From Candidatus Methylomirabilota bacterium (lineage in GTDB: Bacteria; Methylomirabilota; Methylomirabilia; Rokubacteriales; CSP1-6), in NCBI GenBank assembly GCA_035605575.1, contig DASTCJ010000210.1:8515-72514 (forward strand): a stretch of 64,000 bases of DNA, given 5' to 3'. Position 1 is the first letter of the stretch. Every line of letters starts with the position of its first letter. The notes below the pieces were generated by a model, which worked only from the letters and a program-made list of their open reading frames with translations, made no database searches and had not been told where the DNA came from. Shown here one piece after another: positions 57,214 through 64,000 of this stretch. Position numbers and translations under genes: made by a program.

Positions 57214-58010
57214 CGCCGCTGCTCCTGCGCTTTGACGGCCTCCCACGACCGTTCGAGCTCCTCCTGCGAGACGCCGCCGACCGACTTGCCCCGCGCCCGC
57301 AGCTCGTCCTCCATGCTGGTAAACCGTCGGCGAAACTTCTCGACGGCGGTATGAAGCGCGTGCTCGGCATCGACCGATGCCAGCCTTGCCACGTTCACTA
57401 CGGAGAACAGCACGTCGCCGAGCTCCTCCTCGATGCGCGTGCGGTCTTCGGCGGCCAGCGCCGCCGAGGCCTCCCGGCATTCTTCTTCGACCTTGCTCCA
57501 CGCCGCTCGCGCGTCGGGCCAGTCGAAGTTGACGCGGGCGGCCTTCGACGTGACACGCTGAGCCCGGATGAGGGACGGCAGCGCACGCGGCACGCCGTCG
57601 ATCACCGAGCGTGCGGCGCCGGCTGCCTGCGCTTCCCGCTGCTTGATATCTTCCCACTGTGCCAGTGCCTCGTCTGGGGTGTCGACGCTGGCCTGCCCGA
57701 ACACGTGCGGATGTCGCGTCGTCATCTTCTCGATCACGCGGCGCAAGACGCCGCCGATGGTGAACTCGCGGTGTTCGGCGGCGATGTGGGCGTGAAACAC
57801 CACCTGGAAGAGGAGGTCGCCAAGCTCCTCTTCCAGCGCGGCTGGCCGCCCAGCCTCGATGGCCTCGAGAACTTCGTATGCCTCTTCGATGAGAAAGGGT
57901 TTCAGCGATTCCGGCGTCTGTTTCCGGTCCCAGGGGCAGCCATCGGGTCCGCGAAGGCGGGCCATGATCTCGAGGAGCCGTTCAAACAGAACACCGGGGG
58001 ACTGGGTCAT
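57210..58010 (-). CDS. mazG: Nucleoside triphosphate pyrophosphohydrolase MazG
   Basis: 266-aa ORF with tandem MazG domains (LRGPDGCPWDRKQT...EEAYEV...ELGDLLFQVV). Confidence 0.9.
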   Translation of the reverse strand: MTQSPGVLFERLLEIMARLRGPDGCPWDRKQTPESLKPFLIEEAYEVLEAIEAGRPAALEEELGDLLFQVVFHAHIAAEHREFTIGGVLRRVIEKMTTRHPHVFGQASVDTPDEALAQWEDIKQREAQAAGAARSVIDGVPRALPSLIRAQRVTSKAARVNFDWPDARAAWSKVEEECREASAALAAEDRTRIEEELGDVLFSVVNVARLASVDAEHALHTAVEKFRRRFTSMEDELRARGKSVGGVSQEELERSWEAVKAQEQRR

Positions 58011-58075
58011 GATCGGTTCCTGAGAGTGCAGCGATTATACAGCACGGGTTTGCGCGTGTGCTAGGCTCGCCGCCG

Positions 58076-58465
58076 ATGGCGGAACCGCCGGAGGAAGCCT
58101 TCAGGATCACCGATCGACGACGGCGCGAGGACGACGCGCCTCCCGGGCGCGATGCCGCGCCACCTACCCAGGTGCCGCCGCCTCCCGACGTGCTGCCGCC
58201 TCCGACCACGTCCCCCCAGCCGAGCCTGGTGGATCTGTTCATGATGCTGGCAAGCGAGGCGGTCGTTGCGCTGGGCGATGCTCCCGATCCAGCCACGGGC
58301 CAGCGCCAGCGAGTCTTGCCTCACGCGGCCGAGGTGATCGACCTGCTCTTGCTCCTTCGTGCCAAGACCGAGGGCAACCGGACGGTGGAGGAGAGCCAGA
58401 TTCTCGACGAGCTGCTGTACGACCTGCAGCTCAGATACGTTCGCGCGACGAAGTCGGCCGGATGA
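58076..58465 (+). CDS. DUF1844 domain protein
   Basis: ATG at 58076 gives MAEPPEEAFRITDRRRRE. Pro-rich linker. C-terminal ...LVDLFMMLASEAVVALGD...AEVIDLLLLLRAKTEGNRT. Confidence 0.7.
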   Translation: MAEPPEEAFRITDRRRREDDAPPGRDAAPPTQVPPPPDVLPPPTTSPQPSLVDLFMMLASEAVVALGDAPDPATGQRQRVLPHAAEVIDLLLLLRAKTEGNRTVEESQILDELLYDLQLRYVRATKSAG

Positions 58466-59069
58466 CCATGCGTCCCGTCTGAATCCGTACGTCGGCGACG
58501 GTATCCGGAAGCGGCATTCGCAGGAAGCGAAGTCGCGCGGGATCGAACATTACGCGGAGTGTCCACGCCGGCACACGCTGCTGACCGACGGCGACGCGTC
58601 GCACATCAAGGCGCAGCTGCCGTCGCGGTCCGGGCTCGAACTGCGCGTGTGCTGCCAGATGCAGCCAGACTGGGCGCGACGTCCATCGCGTCGGCAGCGT
58701 TTGCGCCGCTGCCGCGAACGGTGAATCCGCCAGCAAGCGGCCGAGCGTTATTTGCCCGAGGATCTCCACGCCGTTGCCGTCACGTAGCACGATGATCGGC
58801 CGGTCGAAGGGAAGGTCGCCAGTGTCGAGATTCCGGGAAATGAATGCATTCACTTCCGCCTCGCTCATCACGATCGGCTCCTTCGACGAGCCTCGCATGA
58901 GCCGAACGAGCTTCTGCTGCGCATGGGCCGCATCCTCGGCGGACGGTCGTGGAGGCAGGAGGGCCGGGTTCTGCAGGGCCCGAGACGTACCCCAGACCGA
59001 CGCTCCCATGAGCGCAAGCAGACCGAAGAGCGTTAAGGTCGTGAGGCACCCGCCACAGCCGAGGCGCAC
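58431..59069 (-). CDS. Hypothetical membrane-anchored or secreted protein
   Basis: 212-aa ORF with an N-terminal hydrophobic segment (LTTLTLFGLLALMGASVWG). I recognise no family. It overlaps the DUF1844 3' end by 35 nt. Confidence 0.5.
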   Translation of the reverse strand: MRLGCGGCLTTLTLFGLLALMGASVWGTSRALQNPALLPPRPSAEDAAHAQQKLVRLMRGSSKEPIVMSEAEVNAFISRNLDTGDLPFDRPIIVLRDGNGVEILGQITLGRLLADSPFAAAAQTLPTRWTSRPVWLHLAAHAQFEPGPRRQLRLDVRRVAVGQQRVPAWTLRVMFDPARLRFLRMPLPDTVADVRIQTGRMVIRPTSSRERI

Positions 59070-59121
59070 CCAAGCAGACTAACATTGGCACAGGCACTTA
59101 CAGCCCTAAATCGGGCTGAAG

Positions 59122-59150
59122 TTGACAGCATCACACTCAGCTGATATAAG
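59122..59150 (+). promoter_or_regulatory. Near-consensus sigma-70 promoter upstream of hsp20
   Basis: TTGACA-N17-TATAAG. A downstream AAGGAGG lies 6 nt before the hsp20 ATG. Confidence 0.5.
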
Positions 59151-59212
59151 GAAAACGTACTCAATATCTGAGGCCGGCCGGATGCGCCGGCGAGCAATGC
59201 AAGGAGGCAGGT

Positions 59213-59671
59213 ATGAGCGTGGAGCGTTGGCGTCCTTTCGCGATGGATCGGTGGGGGAACGTTTCCGACATCCAGGGAGAGGTCAACCGGCTGTTCGATA
59301 ACTTCTTCGGCCGTCCAGCGGGATCGGGAGCCGCAGGCCGCATTTGGGCGCCTCCGGTCGACCTGTACGAGACGAAAGACGACCTCGTGCTGACCATGGA
59401 AGTTCCTGGCGTTCGAGACAAGGACGTCACCGTGTCGATCACCGGCGATCTGCTGTCCGTAAAGGGTGAGCGGCGGTTCGAGCATGACGTCAAGGAGCAG
59501 CAGCTCCTGCATGTCGAGCGCACGTACGGAAAGTTCGAGCGTCTCGTCCAGCTTCCCATTCCGGTTCAGGCCGACAAGGTGAAAGCGTCCTACCGCGACG
59601 GCCTCCTCGAGGTGAGACTGCCGAAGACGGAAGAGATCAAGCCGAAGGAAATCAAGGTCGACATTCTCTAG
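59213..59671 (+). CDS. Hsp20/alpha-crystallin small heat-shock protein
   Basis: 152-aa ORF with [22 protein letters not shown]...GLLEVRLPK. Confidence 0.9.
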   Translation: MSVERWRPFAMDRWGNVSDIQGEVNRLFDNFFGRPAGSGAAGRIWAPPVDLYETKDDLVLTMEVPGVRDKDVTVSITGDLLSVKGERRFEHDVKEQQLLHVERTYGKFERLVQLPIPVQADKVKASYRDGLLEVRLPKTEEIKPKEIKVDIL

Positions 59672-59686
59672 ACGCAACGCGGCCAC

Positions 59687-59717
59687 GCGTGGCGCGTCGT
59701 GAGGACGCGCCACGCGC
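59687..59717 (+). other. Perfect 13-bp stem-loop in the hsp20-dnaK spacer (attenuator or processing-site candidate)
   Basis: cgcgtggcgcgtc-gtgag-gacgcgccacgcg, with no U-tract afterwards. Confidence 0.5.
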
Positions 59718-59751
59718 GAGGTCCGACTACGAAAGAAAGAAGGACGTGGAC

Positions 59752-61686
<1,935 letters not shown>

Positions 61687-61689
61687 GCG

Positions 61690-62568
61690 ATGCGCCGCGA
61701 CTACTACGCGGTGCTTGGCATCGCGTCGACGGCGGGGCCGCGCGAGATCCGGCAGGCGTATCGCCGGCTCGCGCGGCAGTACTCCCCCGACGTCAACTTC
61801 TGGGATGTCACCGCGCGCGCTCTCTTCGAGGAGATCGCCGAAGCATATCGTGTGCTGAACGATCCGGACGCGCGCGCTCTCTATGATCGCTTCGGTGGTC
61901 GCCACGACGCGGTGGAGGCCGGGCGCCGCGGCGAGGACGTCCATATCGCGATCGAGCTCGGATTCGACGACGTCGTTCGCGGCGTCCAGGTGGAGCTGCA
62001 GGTGCCGCGGTTCTCGGCGTGTCCGGCATGCGACGCCCACGGACGCACCGCCGGCGGTCCGTGCGAGGGCTGCAGCGGACGAGGTGTGCGACGCGCCGTC
62101 GAAACGGTAAAGGTCGCTATCCCGGCCGGAGTAGACTCCGGAACGCAGGTCCGGGTCGCCGACGAAGGGCACGCGGCACCCTTCGGCGGGCCGCGTGGCG
62201 ATCTCATCGTCAGCACCCGCGTGCGTGAGCATCCTTTCTTCGTCCGCAAGGGCGACAACGTGCACTGCGAGGTTCCCATCACGGTATGGGAAGCCCTCCG
62301 CGGGGCCCGCGTGCACGTTCCAACTCCTCAGGGACAGGCGGTCGTCGTGGTTCCGTCCGGAACAGCGCCTGGTACGGTCTTTCGTCTGCGCGGCCAAGGC
62401 GTCGCACGGCTGACGGCCGATGTGCCGGGGGATCTCTTCGTGACCATCCGCGTCGAGATGCCGAACGGCCTCGATGCGCGCACCGACGAGCTCGTCCGCG
62501 AGCTCGAGCGCTTGATGCCAGGAACGCCGCGAGAGGGGCTCGAGCGCCATCGAGGAGGAGCGGCATGA
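61690..62568 (+). CDS. Compact DnaJ-like co-chaperone (J-domain with SPD instead of HPD, one zinc centre, one CTD)
   Basis: 292-aa ORF. DYYAVLGI...YRRLARQYSPDVN (codons tcc ccc gac). No G/F-rich region. Only two CxxC motifs (CPACDAHG, CEGCSGRG). DnaJ-type C-terminal domain. Confidence 0.8.
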   Translation: MRRDYYAVLGIASTAGPREIRQAYRRLARQYSPDVNFWDVTARALFEEIAEAYRVLNDPDARALYDRFGGRHDAVEAGRRGEDVHIAIELGFDDVVRGVQVELQVPRFSACPACDAHGRTAGGPCEGCSGRGVRRAVETVKVAIPAGVDSGTQVRVADEGHAAPFGGPRGDLIVSTRVREHPFFVRKGDNVHCEVPITVWEALRGARVHVPTPQGQAVVVVPSGTAPGTVFRLRGQGVARLTADVPGDLFVTIRVEMPNGLDARTDELVRELERLMPGTPREGLERHRGGAA

Positions 62569-62954
62569 CCGATCGCGGCAAGCCACTGTACATGATCGGC
62601 GTCGTCGCCGACATGCTGAACGTCCATCCGCAAACGCTCCGGTTCTACGAGAAGAAAGGTCTCGTGCGGCCGAGCCGCACGGAAGGACAGACGCGCATGT
62701 ATTCCGCCGAGGATGTGGAGGAGATCGCGCGACTGCTTCGGCTCACACGCGACCTCGGGGTGAATCTCGCCGGCGTCGAGATCGTCTTAAAGATGAGACG
62801 TCGGATGCTCGATATGCAGAAACAGATCGAGGACCTCGTGAGCTACGTCCGTGAGACCGGCGCGGATGAGCGCGCCCCGCGCGACGGGCAGCCGCCGCGC
62901 GAAGCGCTCGTCCGCGCGGCGTCTGGACAGCTCGGTCCCGTGGATCTGTTCTGA
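62565..62954 (+). CDS. hspR: MerR-family heat-shock repressor HspR
   Basis: ATG at 62565 forms an ATGA overlap with the dnaJ-like stop. Product: LYMIGVVADMLNVHPQTLRFYEKKGLVRPSRTEGQTRMYS. The position after dnaJ matches known hspR operons. Confidence 0.8.
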   Translation: MTDRGKPLYMIGVVADMLNVHPQTLRFYEKKGLVRPSRTEGQTRMYSAEDVEEIARLLRLTRDLGVNLAGVEIVLKMRRRMLDMQKQIEDLVSYVRETGADERAPRDGQPPREALVRAASGQLGPVDLF

Positions 62955-62973
62955 GAAAGCAGAGAACCGTCGA

Positions 62974-64000
62974 ATGGCAGACGTGAAGAACGACAAGGAG
63001 CGGCTCGTACCGGATATCGTGGCGGTCCTGCCGCTTCGCGGTACCGTGCTGTTTCCGCAGGCCGTGATGCCGTTGGGCGCCGGTCGGGCGTCGTCGGTGC
63101 GCCTCATCGAGGAAGCGGTGCAGGCGGGCCGTCTCGTCGGAACCGTCGCGCAGCGCGATCCCTCCGACGATGCCCCGACGCGCGAGGGACTGCATGATGT
63201 CGGCACCGTGACCGTTATCCATAAGGCGTTGAAGCAGCCCGACGGCACGCTGCGTATCATCGCGCAAGGCGTCGGCCGTTTTCGGCTGCTCGACATCGTC
63301 CAGACCGAGCCGTATTTGAAGGCCCGGGTCGAGGCCATCGTCGAGAGCGACGCGGGCGATGACGTCGAAGTGCACGCTCTGGCGCGCAGCGTGACATCGC
63401 TCTTTCAGAATGTCGTCGCGCTGTCGCCGGCGCTGCCCGACGAGCTCGCGACGGTCATCGCGAACGTCGATGGTCCTGGTGCGCTGGCGGATCTGGTCGC
63501 CGCCTCGTTGCCGAGCCTGACGCAGGCTTTGAAGCAGGAGTTGCTCGAAACTGTGCCCGTCAAGGAGCGGCTCTCGAAGCTCGCCACCGCGCTCGGCAAG
63601 GAGGCCGAGGTCCTGCAGCTCGGAAGCAAGATCCAGTCCGAGGTGCAGTCGGAGATGTCGAAGACTCAGCGGGAGTACTACCTCCGCGAGCAGTTGAAAG
63701 CGATTCAGAAGGAGCTCGGCGAGGGCGACGAGCGCACGCAGGAGATCGACGCGCTCCGCGCGAAGATCGAGGCGGCCGGCATGCCGGACGAAGCGCGCGC
63801 CGAGGCATTGCGCGAACTGGACCGCCTCGCGAAGATGCCGCCGGCGGCCGCCGAGTACACGGTCGCCCGCACGTACATCGACTGGCTGGTTGCCATGCCG
63901 TGGGCACAGGAAACCACGGACGACGCGGACATCGCCAACGCGCGGGCGATCCTCGACGAGGATCACGAGGGTCTCGACAAGATCAAGGACCGCATTCTCG
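62974..64000 (+). CDS. lon: ATP-dependent protease Lon, N-terminal part (runs off the window)
   Basis: Absent from the ORF track because there is no stop in the window. My translation is MADVKNDKERLVPDIVAVLPLRGTVLFPQAVMPL...REYYLREQLKAIQKELGE... (Lon N-terminal domain). Confidence 0.85.
   Translation, partial: MADVKNDKERLVPDIVAVLPLRGTVLFPQAVMPLGAGRASSVRLIEEAVQAGRLVGTVAQRDPSDDAPTREGLHDVGTVTVIHKALKQPDGTLRIIAQGVGRFRLLDIVQTEPYLKARVEAIVESDAGDDVEVHALARSVTSLFQNVVALSPALPDELATVIANVDGPGALADLVAASLPSLTQALKQELLETVPVKERLSKLATALGKEAEVLQLGSKIQSEVQSEMSKTQREYYLREQLKAIQKELGEGDERTQEIDALRAKIEAAGMPDEARAEALRELDRLAKMPPAAAEYTVARTYIDWLVAMPWAQETTDDADIANARAILDEDHEGLDKIKDRIL

Noticed and set aside
58431-58465. A 35-nt convergent overlap between the DUF1844 gene and the 212-aa hypothetical gene, considered as antisense regulation.
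   Set aside because: A short 3'-3' overlap is common. The stop of either ORF is fixed, and the overlap carries no evident structure. There is not enough evidence to make a claim.
59084-59100. TGGCAC-aggca-CTTAC upstream of hsp20, resembling a sigma-54 -24/-12 element.
   Set aside because: The -12 element lacks the essential GC dinucleotide (TTAC instead of TTGC). A near-consensus sigma-70 promoter lies just downstream and explains expression.

Overview
This is a densely coding, high-GC bacterial chromosomal window (roughly two-thirds G+C by eye). I saw no rRNA, tRNA, CRISPR array, transposase or phage genes.

Layout:
1. 1-8.5 kb: the distal spc/alpha ribosomal-protein superoperon, from the rpsH tail through rplF, rplR, rpsE, rpmD, rplO, secY, adk, map, infA, rpmJ, rpsM, rpsK, rpsD and rpoA to rplQ. 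It is interrupted twice by copies of a structured GC-rich palindromic repeat.
2. 8.6-15.5 kb: a minus-strand housekeeping block. It holds a small Cys/His-rich ORF, a dienelactone hydrolase, two tandem CNNM/CorC transporters, thiL, trpG, trpE and trxA.
3. 15.6-23.5 kb: a sigma-54 enhancer-binding response regulator, then a near-consensus sigma-54 promoter. A five-gene plus-strand operon follows: a FIST-like protein, an 851-aa polytopic membrane + TPR protein, a GT2, a SAM methyltransferase, and a GtrB/DPM1-like GT2.
4. 23.5-35.3 kb: a minus-strand block of MOSC, MaoC, livFGMHK, thiE, accC, accB, efp, a TPR protein, aroB and aroC.
5. 35.3-56.7 kb: a consolidated ~21-kb type IVa pilus supercluster. 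On the minus strand it reads pilB, pilC, pilS, pilR, pilA, pilA, GT-C-like/TPR protein, pilD, seven minor-pilin/PilY1 genes, pilMNOPQ.
6. 56.7-64 kb: macro domain protein, mazG, DUF1844, a hypothetical protein, then hsp20, dnaK, a dnaJ-like gene, hspR and a partial lon.

Most interesting observations, all hypotheses:
- Two membrane + TPR GT-C-like proteins. One sits in a sigma-54 operon with a polyprenyl-phosphate-sugar synthase-like GT2; the other is wedged between the pilins and pilD. Together they suggest an undescribed periplasmic protein (pilin?) glycosylation route.
- Two independently promoted and terminated pilin genes whose mature cores are identical in protein but heavily diverged at synonymous sites.
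- A REP-like repeat with compensatory stem changes inside the ribosomal operons.
- A dnaJ-like gene with SPD in place of HPD, in a dnaK operon without grpE.
- trpE and pilY1 N-termini that have no canonical start codon.

Lineage is not determinable from the sequence. The pil gene order resembles what I recall for Myxococcus-type clusters.
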